A stretch of 64,000 nucleotides of DNA, taken from the NCBI GenBank assembly GCA_037447605.1, contig CM074804.1:6301909-6365908 (forward strand). The letters are read 5' to 3'. The notes beneath the pieces were generated by a model. The model ran no database searches. It saw only the letters and a program-made list of their open reading frames with translations, and was not told where the DNA came from. A program made the translations under genes and the position numbers. The DNA is from Zygnema circumcarinatum SAG 698-1b (lineage: Eukaryota > Plantae > Zygnematophyceae). Of the stretch, positions 43,166 to 53,628 are shown piece by piece; positions within the stretch are counted from its first letter, which is position 1, and each line of letters begins with the position of its first letter.

Positions 43166-44910
43166 CAGTCTAATCACGTTATAGTGACTGTGTCGGTCCC
43201 CACTAGGGATGGATTAGTTACGACTATATAATATATATTATATTATACAACTGTGACGATTAGATAACGGCTGATATACAGGGTTCGTCAAATAGGGGAT
43301 TTCGGCTTAAGATAGGGGACTGTCCCCTAAATTGGTTTTGTAAAAACACGTAAATATGGACTGTACGAACGAAACCGTACATGTACGGACGAGACAGGAA
43401 TACAGGAAGACAGGAATTGTTTGGGAGAAAGACGAGTTTCGAAAGAGGTTGACAGACTTTTCATTGGAAGGAACTCTTCACTGCAAACAGTTTGATAGTT
43501 TGACCGCTCTTCGAGGGTCTCTTTGAGTAGTTTGCATCACTTCTATAGCTGTCTTGTTCAGCCTAAAACTCCTAAGGGAGTGGGACCATTTTTCATTTCA
43601 TTTCTAATTTTAGTTCCTATTTCAGTTTTTCTTTTGTGACTACACCTAGAATTTCAGAGGTTATGATTTGGAATAGAGTTTTTGTGAGGAAATTACAAGA
43701 CTATGATGGATTCTAAAGTGGTACTTGGAGTAATTAATGATGGATGGAAAAGGAAATAGAGAGCTTAGGATTGGATCTACAAAGTTTTCGAGCAATTGGG
43801 TTTTTGAATAAGCAACTATATGTTGTGATTGCCAAATGCACAGTTGTTCTAATTGATTGGTAAAATTTACCAATCTATAAGAGTCGAAGAGGTTGCACCA
43901 GTTTCTAAAGCCGTGTTGTAATACCAACAAGAAAAGTTCATATACATCATTGCTATCGTGGTTGCAAATGCAATTCATTTCCTTTTTGTTTTTAACCAAA
44001 AAAATGCTTTTTTGGGGCTTGTGTGGTATTTAAGTTGAAATCACGTAAACTAATCTCAAAATCTTACATAAATAAGCTATTTACGATATTTAGGGGATCT
44101 CCCCTATTTGACGAACCCTGCTGATATATATTAATTTACAACGCCTTTACAACATGTACGGACGTACGGACGTACGGTCGAACGACTGTACGGTATTATG
44201 CGGTACGGATGCACGAGCAGACTGTGTGAACCAGACGGACGCATTTCGCAACGCCAACGCCAAAACGACCTAATTTTGGTATGGTACGACCGTACGACCG
44301 TACGACCGTACGAGTACGGTCGTACGGTCGTTAATTGTTCAAAACGAGTGGGTATAATATATGTAATAAAGTGTTTTACTTTGTAATATATTACTACTTT
44401 TAAACCCGTTGTAAAATATATAATTTATTCGGAATTTATAACGCGGGCCATCCCTAGTCCCCACACATTTGTGTCACTATATCGGTAATGACCTGTTTGT
44501 CATTTCACATTTATAGTAACAATATTATTACATATGTTTTTGCGGTATATCCGTACTACTTTGATACCGTACATTGTACTTTTTGGGCAGTCCCACGTGG
44601 GTAGGTGTGTACGAACCCTAGTGAGCATGTGTACGGACAAGTTGATATGTACGGTCAAATCGATATTTGACGATATTAGTCGATAATATGTACGGTCGTA
44701 ATATATTTGTTAACGCATATTCCAATACGTGGGTGGATAATATCGACATTTTGAATATATAGCAACAATCAGGGTTTTTCAACGTCATTATATCCGTAAT
44801 GGCGTCACTACTGGCGCAGGATCTGCAGTGGTGCAATTCCGTTCCCGGAAAAAAAGTCAGTATATCCATGCTGTTCTTATAAAAAGTGTCACTATAACGT
44901 GATTAGACTG
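43166..44910. mobile_element. Non-autonomous Tc1/mariner (pogo-like) element
   Basis: Perfect 23-bp TIR CAGTCTAATCACGTTATAGTGAC. TA duplicated at 43164-43165 and 44911-44912. The empty site (single TA) is visible in MITE copy A. Confidence 0.9.
43279..44120. mobile_element. Non-autonomous hAT element (842 bp)
   Basis: Perfect 21-bp TIR CAGGGTTCGTCAAATAGGGGA. Perfect 8-bp TSD CTGATATA at 43271-43278 and 44121-44128. AT-rich interior with no transposase ORF. Confidence 0.92.
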
Positions 44911-45552
44911 TACTGAAAAGGGCACTTCTTCGCACGATTTTGTTCGCACCCAAAAGAGGCGCCGAAATGGACGTGCGAAGAAAATACTGGCGAAAATCGC
45001 GTCAACGTGACGTCATGGTTGTTTTCCCGGCTTCCCGGCCGCGCCCGCGCCCGCCCGTGACGCGCAACACGACACAACGACAAGCGGTCTCCGCGCGCCG
45101 CGCCGGCGCTGTTTCTAAGTCTGAGGGCCCCGCGCGAGGGCGAAGTTGCGAAGACGGCGTTTGGAGAAGTGCGAAGACGGCGATCGCGGAGTGCGAACAG
45201 GACCGCGCCGCGAGTGCGAAAAACTACGCTCGAGAATTTTCGTTTTACTGACGTTGACTCGAAATGTTACGAATATCGAATTTTTAGTATTACGAGAATT
45301 TTTTAAGTTTGACATGCCCTATTTACCGAAAAGGAAACGCAGACAGTCCGGAGAATAATAATGAGCGTGTCGGCGGGCGAGTGACAGGCTGGGGCATGCG
45401 CGCGGCGCGTGTCGGTGGGGCGAGGAGATAGGGGTCGGCGCGGAGAGGGAATCTGCAGATCGCCCAAAATACTCCGACTGCTCTCGACCGGACGACTCCA
45501 TGCAGCATCGTAAGGACCGACAGCATCCCTTGGAGGGGACTGAACAATAATT

Positions 45553-45753
45553 GGGAGAGTCAGACCTTGACCATAGCTTACGAAATTCCCGAATTCCTTA
45601 TACTAAAAAGTCACTTCTTTCGTGTACGAATTCCGGGTCGGGATCCGCGGCTCCGCCGAGGCCAGCCGTACCGAAATGCGTGCCTATCCAATGCTTAATT
45701 CGCCTGACAAGCTTACGAAATTGATTTGGCGATGGTCAAGGTCTGACTCCCCC
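45553..45753. mobile_element. 201-bp MITE, Harbinger-like
   Basis: TIRs GGGAGAGTCAGACCTTGACCAT / ATGGTCAAGGTCTGACTCCCCC (21/22 match), TAA on the right flank. Shares the GTCAGAC core with neighbouring MITEs. Confidence 0.75.
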
Positions 45754-46640
45754 TAAAGCAACCAGATTCTGTCGCCATCACAGCGAGACTTGTCTCTCCA
45801 GAATGTGCCTTCTACCGATACTTTGGAGCTTATTTTGAAGCCACTGCGTCCTTATACTTCGCTATCGACAAATCGGTGGTCGAGGTGGTTATTCGAGGTA
45901 GTAGCGAAAGTGGCGGTCGAAGAAAAGGAACTCGGCAGAGGGGGGTCACGAATATCGAAAACACTTGCACTTTTTTGGCGAAAATGTAGGGAGGGCAGCA
46001 GAGGGGTTTGGGTGAGGCCTTGGGTGGAACGAGAGAGGCATTTTCAATTGTTCAGTCCTTGGAGCAGTGAGCCGTGACTTGCGCCTCCGGAAACCACGGG
46101 GACAGCTGCGCTTTGTGGTTAAGTTCCCGTCTGCATCGATTCAACTCTACAAAAGAATTGAATTCAGTCATTTTGTTGTGAATGTCAACCCGGGGTGAAA
46201 ACGAAGTCGAACGACGATGCTTCTTCATGCGTCACTAGCCATATCAGCAATAATGTGAGAAAAACTGTGGCTTCGAATGCTACGAACAAGTCAACGACTT
46301 CGTTCAAAAGTACAAACAAAGTACCTGACAAGGTACAAAAAGTACCAAAATGTAACACAATCGGTACATGCAAGTACAAAAGAGTACAAAAGCGAAAAAA
46401 GTCCCTTGAATCCCGAAAATCAAAACTCAGAATGTTCCCGGAAATAAGTAAAATACGGGATTTTTAGGGAATTCCTTTATTTAACGATGCCTGGCCTGGG
46501 CGCGGCGCGCCCGGACTGTCCGTACGTACGTACGGGGCCGGCCCGGGCCGGGGCGGGCCGAGATTCCGAGAACCACGAATAGGAAGGCATGGAGGGAGAG
46601 AGGGGGGCGAGGGCGGGGCAGGGAGGCAGCGCGTGCCTGC

Positions 46641-49600
46641 ATGCGAGAAGGCGCGGGAACAACAAGCGGAAAAAGAATGTCCGGCCACGCTGATGGGAAA
46701 GAAGTAACACGATGGAGCTGCCTCTCTAAGGCAGCAGCGTTGAAATGGACTGCAATATTGCTCGGTTCCTTCGTTGTGGGGTGTTTGTCGCTGGTGGTTC
46801 TAGTCGTCCTCAGTGAATCAGTCCTCCCTGAGGACGCTGCGGCCTTATCGTTCCTCAGCAGTGGCCTCGACTTGTCTCGACAAGTTCCCAAGGAGGTGAG
46901 TGCAGTCGTTGCTGGTTCGCCCTACGCACCCTGCTGTGTTCTTCGGCTTAACGCGCGCCGTTTATCCGGTTCTAAGCATTGCATTTTTTTCTGGTGTATC
47001 CTCGGCTACTGATGCTAGCCAACGAAACCGAGGCAGGCGCAGTAGCTGCCTCACTTCCGCCGCCTTGGCCGAACGTACAAGGATCAGAGATTTGGAAAGG
47101 AAAGGATAAGAAAATCTGCGGGTGCTTAGGGTCCTGTTTTGTGTACTTATGCAGAAGAGAGCCTGAAGGAGTAATGACCTCTGGCTTGTCCAAAGCCCAT
47201 CATCTCAAGGGAACTGGCAGTGAAGATTGGGTTGTCGCACGCTCTATGTAACAAAAACCTTAAGGTACTTCACGAAAGAGATCCAGTTTGCAGTCTCAGC
47301 TGAACAATTAGTCGAGGTTTCCTAGATGCAGACAGCCGTTCTCTAAAGTGAGCGCATGCCATGAGGCAGGACTTCTGCATAAATTCAGGCTTTTGCAGAG
47401 GGGAATTTGATCAAAACATGTTAACAAGAAGAGATAGAGAGAAAGACATCTTCTTTGAGAAGATTACTTCGCCTCTTCTGCAATAGTTATGACCTCCTGG
47501 CGGTTTGGAGTACTCAGGCCCCTGAATTTGATGAAGGAGCCGCTTCAAATCCGGTTCCAGGGCCCAAATGCCCCTAGACCTGGTGAACGCACTCATGCAT
47601 CCATCATTTATAACGTTTGCAAGCGGGTGATGGGCCGAGGTTTTTAGTTGTAGAGCATTTGTTTAGAGTTGCCAATATCAAACGCATGACGTAATGAAAA
47701 GGGAGTGCATACAGTCCCGTGCGCTGGACGTCATGCACGTCTATTAGGCACGGAGTAGACATAGAGAAAGGTGTGTGGGTGCCAGAATTTACTTTGTAAT
47801 ACTACGTTCGCGCCAGTTTTTGGAGGAGCGAGGCTGCTGAAATTGTGAAAAGGGGAATTCGCATTTGCCTCAGTATCGAGCGCATATTGTGCAGTTTGGC
47901 GTACCCAAAAAGCTACTCAAAGCGTTGACCACTCGTTGCTTACGTGATGATGTTGGAAGTGTTACAAGAAAAATCTTCAGTCCGTTCACACATTTGCCAA
48001 CAAACGAAACACATGGAAGGACAACGAGAATGACTTAAGACATTTGGATTTAAACCTGGGATCTGGATCGGAAGTGTGAAGCGTACATGTAACGCGAGTT
48101 TACGGCTTCTGATGACTTGTCTGTTATTCTTAGTGCTTCTCCTTGTTTGAATATTTTCCATACAACTCTGGACCTGAACAATTTGACTGGGATGAGACTT
48201 TTGAGGAAACGAGCAGAGGGAACTTTGGAATTGCGATGCAGGAAACTCCTCGAGGAGCGATTTGCCTGGTGGGGGCAGCCCGAGACTTCGAGCTGACAGG
48301 ACCCTCCATCAAGAAGCACTTGCTGGGCAGTTACAGGAATGCGGATGTGTTTGTGAACATGGCATTGGACGACAAGAGCTACAAGCTCACGTTGCTCAGT
48401 GACATCAGCAACCTCGCTCGCGTGCGTCTCTTTGCGCAGTCGCCCATTGAGGAGGGGAACGCTACCACAGTGCTGGCTGCATTCGGCTCTCCAAATGGGA
48501 TTCAGGTAGGATATGGTAGCTGCCCGACAGTCATTATTCAGATGATGGAAATCAAGCCTACTCAGTTTTTCAGTTTTCAGCCTATCAGTTTTTGGCCTGT
48601 AGGCTTCAGCTCACAGCTGGTCTGGCACATTAAGCAGGTTCCGTGTTTGCTGAACTTGTGTACAAGTGCAGGGCCTCTTGCAATACTTCGACCTTGTGGA
48701 AGGTTGCCTAGACTTGATTGATGACTACAGCAATAACCACTCGATGAATTATACGTGGATTATTCGCACTCGAATTGATACTTTTTGGACGGGGCCACCC
48801 CCTCACCTCGTTTTAGAGGAGGGCATCTATGTGGTGCCGGAGGGTTCACGATTCCTCGGATTGAATGATCGTTTTGGATTTGGAGGCTACAAAGAAAGTC
48901 GTGTTGCTCTTAGCCGATTGAGTATGCTGGCAGATCTGCAAAGGGCAGGACTTAGGAACCTGAACTCGGAGATGGCCTTCGCCGGCCAACTCAATGTGTC
49001 TGGAATTCATGCTTTGCCAGAGAAATTCAATTTCTGTCTTCTCAGCCGAAGGAGCTACAATTTGACTGCGGAACCTCTTCCGTGGGAGGCTCCAGTACTT
49101 GCTTTGACAAGTCGGGGTCCCATGAACGGGGCCAAATGCAGGCCTTGCACTCCCGCCCTTGACGCGGACCTGTCCAGAGAGAGACTGATGAAGCTTAAGC
49201 GAGTATCTGGGTGGCCGGGAGACAACCCCGACATGCAGATTTGCAATGCCACGGAGCCCTGGGAGAAGGGCTGGGAAGAGATCTTCGACGGATTCGTAGG
49301 CCAAAATATGGCGGCTGAACGCAAACGTATTGTGCACCGAATGGGCCGTTCTTGCGTGGAGAAGTTCAATATGCTGCAGACCATTCCGGGGGTATATGAA
49401 GGACCTCCCGGAAGTGTAGTCTGCCAATTACGGGAGTTGGGGTCCTTTGACGAAATGTTGTATGCATCTGTGGCACAAGTGCCAGTCTTCCTACGCCCAT
49501 TGACGAGCTCTAGTGTCATCTACTCCCTAGGATACAGCAAGGATTGGAATGTGGAAAAACAGATTTATCTACACACAAAGTGTCCTATCCATCTGTTTAA

Positions 49601-50027
49601 CCAGTCTACTTTAGGCTTAACTTTAATCCGGATATTGGATGGGAATAGTACAGTGAAGGCTTCTCCCGCGATGAGAATCCCGGCGATAACCTTGAAGGGC
49701 GGTGCTTCCGGGGTGGATTTGACGACGCTGGAGTCCACAATGGCGCATATGGGGCATGAAAACGTGGACCTGCTGATGTTGGCAGTGAATGAAGCGACTC
49801 TGTTCGGAATCGTAGGCAGGCTCTTCACTTGGGAGGGCAAAGCTCCTGTCTGTCAGCTGATCCTTAGGTTGGAGCCAACAAAGATTGCCGGCGCAAGGAG
49901 AAGTTTACTGGGAGGAGTCAGATTGCTGTTTAAAAAAAATGGGTTCATTATGATACATTGCAAAGGAAAATATAGTATGGAATTCTGCGTGTTTTTAAGG
50001 GAAGATCCTTGCGCACTAAAGCATTAA
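46641..50027 (+). CDS. Paralog 3: type II membrane DUF7796-like + degenerate methyltransferase-like fusion
   Basis: Exon 1 (46641 or 46677 to ~46895) has a TM (WTAILLGSFVVGCLSLVVLVVL). Exon 2 (48242-48505) is nearly identical to paralog 2. Exon 3 (48672-50027) carries the same motifs (RTRIDTFW, GLNDRFG, LTSSSVIYSLG, TMAHMGHENVDLL). Confidence 0.85.
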
Positions 50028-51187
50028 GTTATAGTTTAGTCAACGTTTGACTGTGGGCAGACTGACCTTGAAATATTTGCCTCTTCTAATGGACGTTTGT
50101 TGTCACCCAGCCAGCCGCAAACGCAAGTCCATGTGATTTCAGGTTGGATCCGGCATTGAAAGTGTGGCCCTTCTCTTCGCTGTCGCTCTATCAGCACAAG
50201 CTCCTCATTGCTTTTGACACTTGAATCGGCAGGAGTCAGAAAAAGAGTGAACTTACAAAACGAGAGCTTACACACATTCAGGTAGATGGCACTTCTCTCA
50301 CGGTATCGGGTTGGTCATGATCTCGGCCATTGCAACCTCTCACACTATTGTTTCCTTTTGCAGAGTAAGCGTGTGCTGCTTTACAGCAAGAATGGATTTT
50401 CTTCCACGGTGCAGTCAGAAGCAAACTCAGCATTGAGCAGTCCTTAATGGGGAAGACTTCTGCGTCGAAGCAAGTGGGGAAAGGCACCAAAGGCCAGAAA
50501 AGGAGAAGACAGAGGAAAAACAATGAAATTTCAAAGAACGCAAAGAATGTATTCAACAGCAGCGTTCCCTCATACATATGTGTGGAGGAGAATTGGCAGC
50601 CTGAATGAATGTTTGCTTGGACGTTTCCCGCACTATACAGACCTACACGCGTCACTTTCTGCACCATTCTACACCTTTTGGGCTGCTAAAATCGCCCCTG
50701 GAAACAGAAGCCCGCATACGCGCAGGGATCCTTAGCGTATGTTTCATCACTTTCTAGCATCTATATGATAAAGGGCGCCACCTGCAAATGCTGCGATGGC
50801 AAAGCAATGCAAAATCTCTATATGTATCGACAAGAACTTTGTCGTTAACACTGTCACAGCTACTTCGCTAAATTCTAAGCCATCATCCTGACAGCCAATG
50901 CAAGCGCAACAAACTTTCTAGTAGCCAACGTGGCGGACGGGAAATGGACTTCTTCGAATCCAGTCTTCTGTCAATAGTCGCGCCTCTCGTACCGAAAATA
51001 ACATCAGAGTAGCTTAAATTGGACGAGAGTGGGAACGGCAACTTGCCACGGAAAGAATATGCTGCCTTTACTACAGGTAAAGGAGACAGGAGTGCCGTCA
51101 GACTACTGATGCGCACGTGAACCCTGGAGGAGAGTACACTGTGCTTAACAGAAGGTCGGAAAGAACCTTGCTCAAGACGACCTAACC

Positions 51188-52900
51188 TCACCCCATCTTC
51201 TTCTGACCTCTGTGGTGGCCTGGTATCCTCCAAACAATCTCAAAGTGCAAAGGAAACAGTTTTTGTAGACCAAGTCGGGCTGCAATACACGAGCGAAAAT
51301 GGTTTTGCTGCTTGAGACTGCCCACTTTCTCTCCAAGAAGGCCAACTCCTGGCAGTCTCTGCACTTCTGACAGCCCAATGTCCTGCTCTTCACCGGGATG
51401 CGTCACTTTTGCGACCACTCCATTTCGACGAACATATCTAATGCCCGCCCAGGTGATATCAGGCTTTATATACGTGTACAGCGCAATCACCGGCAAAAGG
51501 AGAAGATTGACCACCATTCCGGCAATGCTGAGGGTCAGCGAAATGTTGGACAGCCGAAGGTCGGGTGCCTCGGGCGAAAGCTTATTGCAGAGCCGGGTTA
51601 CGGCTGAAAACAGGCAAATTCCGCAGCCAATGAGAAACCCTGCTGAGAGGAGGTTGGCGGCCGACATGGCCAAGCCGAGAGGGCAGCTCGCGTGCGTCAG
51701 CAGCCATTGGGCCCAGCTCCGACCCAGTACGGCGGCGGCCATGGCTGCGGAGGGATTGTCAATCCATACAAAGAGGGCCCAAAGGAGGGAGGCCAGCCAA
51801 GCAGCCACCTGCAGCGTGCTGAGGAGGACGGGGAGGACGCACGCCCACGACAGGTACATGTAGCACACCCAGCCTAGCCTATTCGTCCTGTAGGCGAAGC
51901 CGGAGCAGTAAGTTAGAAGCGCAAATGTCTGCCTCCTCACATAGTTCCAGTAGCGCACCATGGTCCAGCCGCCGGACATCCGTCCAGGGAAGATGGCCAC
52001 AGGCGTGCTCCAAACCTTGCGCTTATTGACGCCAGCGACGGACGTAAGAATGAGATCGTTGGAATATCCGTTCTGCTGCAGAGCGGTCATCATACCATGC
52101 CGGTTCTGCCGCAAGTCCTCGGCTCGGACGAATATGCACCCCCCCCAAACAAAGAACACTTGCGCTCCAGAGGAGAGTCCCACAAGAAGGGGCAGTCGGT
52201 ACGCCATAGCCGCGTACGCCGCCAGAGAGGGCTGCGAGGGAAGATCAAACGAATACCCGGTCGCCACGAAGACGTCGGGACGAGTTTCCATGGTGTCCAC
52301 CAGCGAGCCGATGGTTCCAGGGTGGCACTGGATGTCGTCATCCAGAAAGAGCAGGTACTTGCTCTCCGCGCTGCACGCCTTCGCCCCCGCCAGCTGGTTG
52401 TGGATCTGCTGCGAGCACTGCGAGGCGAGCCCGGCCACCACTACACGCACGTCGGAGGCCCCGCGCAGCTCCTTCTGCAGCGCGTGGATAGCGGCGTAGG
52501 CGGCGTCCTCCTTCGACTCCACGCAGAACAGGAACTCGATGGGCCCGCCGTACATGGTCACCAGCTGCGACCGCCAGTTCGCCGCGCCCTGCTCGCCCAC
52601 GCCCTTCACCGCCAGAATCACCGACACCTTGGGAAGCACTCGCTGACGCGCGCTCTCCAGCGCCGCATCGTCCGTCGAGATGAACGCCATAGAATTCCCC
52701 CTGCTTTCCGCCTGCTTAATTTTCTGCAGGTGGCGTATGCGGCACAGGCTTGCGTAAAGCCACGCGATGCCGAGGAAGATGCAGACGAGGCAGCCCTGCA
52801 ACTGGAACAGCCACATTGCGGGCTGGCAGCAAATCTTCCCCCAGCTTCTGAGCAGGGCCTGCCCCACTCCCATCGCGCTAGTCGCTAACGAACCCTCCAT
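51188..52900 (-). CDS. GCS: Glucosylceramide synthase-like protein (ceramide glucosyltransferase, GT2/GT21), intronless, 570 aa
   Basis: Single uninterrupted ORF with PKVSVILAVKG, NWRSQLVTMYGGPIEFLF, CSQQIHNQL, YLLFLDDDI, FFVWGGC, GYSNDL, RYWNYVRRQTF and ITWAGIRY, matching plant GCS. Confidence 0.92.
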   Translation of the reverse strand: MEGSLATSAMGVGQALLRSWGKICCQPAMWLFQLQGCLVCIFLGIAWLYASLCRIRHLQKIKQAESRGNSMAFISTDDAALESARQRVLPKVSVILAVKGVGEQGAANWRSQLVTMYGGPIEFLFCVESKEDAAYAAIHALQKELRGASDVRVVVAGLASQCSQQIHNQLAGAKACSAESKYLLFLDDDIQCHPGTIGSLVDTMETRPDVFVATGYSFDLPSQPSLAAYAAMAYRLPLLVGLSSGAQVFFVWGGCIFVRAEDLRQNRHGMMTALQQNGYSNDLILTSVAGVNKRKVWSTPVAIFPGRMSGGWTMVRYWNYVRRQTFALLTYCSGFAYRTNRLGWVCYMYLSWACVLPVLLSTLQVAAWLASLLWALFVWIDNPSAAMAAAVLGRSWAQWLLTHASCPLGLAMSAANLLSAGFLIGCGICLFSAVTRLCNKLSPEAPDLRLSNISLTLSIAGMVVNLLLLPVIALYTYIKPDITWAGIRYVRRNGVVAKVTHPGEEQDIGLSEVQRLPGVGLLGEKVGSLKQQNHFRSCIAARLGLQKLFPLHFEIVWRIPGHHRGQKKMG

Positions 52901-53228
52901 GGAACTCCCCCGTCCGCACCAACCTCCAAGCAGGCGCCTTCTCCCTCGCCCTCCGCGCGCTGCCTTGCAGCCCTCCCTCCGAAGCGGGTGCTGTCTCCCT
53001 GCCCTCCTGCGGTCGGGTTTTTCAGCGCGCGGCGCCGAGAGGGCGGGGCGGCGAGGCGGAGGCGTGTGCGGGCGCCATGGCGGGCGGAGCGGAAGTGGCC
53101 GAGAGGGACAGCCGGCGGGCAGACGGACGGGCGGGCGGGCGGGGGCGTTCGCCGAACCCTACGGCCTCCTCCTCCCCCCAACGGGCGTCTGAGCGCCCGC
53201 CCGCCCGCATTGACCGCCAGGGCGGCCC

Positions 53229-53310
53229 GCCACGTGGCAGTCTGCAGCGACTCGCGCGCGGGCGGCCAGCGAGGGCGGGCGCGCCACGTCGCAACGCGCT
53301 GCCACGTGGC
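53229..53310. promoter_or_regulatory. Paired palindromic G-boxes upstream of GCS
   Basis: GCCACGTGGC at 53229 and 53301, GCCACGTC between them, and another copy at 53800. Confidence 0.5.
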
Positions 53311-53628
53311 GCGCGGCGAGGCGGAATGATTCGAATAATGCGCATACTCGAGCCGCAATAATAATAATGCGCGATCCGCCGCGTCGCCCGCGCCTGCCTG
53401 CGACCGCGCGCGACCAAACCGTCCGTCGCCGTCGTCCGCGGGCGGTCGCGGGCACGCGGCGGACCGCCAAGGAGGAGGAATCTCCGCGGAAGGTGCGCCC
53501 GCCCGCCCTCGCTCGCTGCGCCCGCGGGCGGAATCTTCGCCGCACCCCGCCGCCCGCCGCCTGCCGACCGCCGCCCCGCGGCCCGCCAGCTCGGCCCGGA
53601 CCGGCTGGCCCGGCCCGGTGGGGGACAT

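Larger units (their letters stand above)
42995..45319 (-). mobile_element. MITE copy B (inverted relative to A), split by a nested insertion at 43166-44910
   Basis: 42995-43165 joined to 44913-45319 is the reverse complement of copy A with scattered substitutions. Confidence 0.85.

Noticed and set aside
43661-43999. 112-aa ORF inside the hAT element as a transposase
   Set aside because: Too short, with no BED finger, DDE or dimerisation motif.
44155-44330. GTACGGAC/CGACCGTA short repeats as a CRISPR-like array
   Set aside because: Short tandem units without unique spacers, inside a transposon in eukaryotic DNA.
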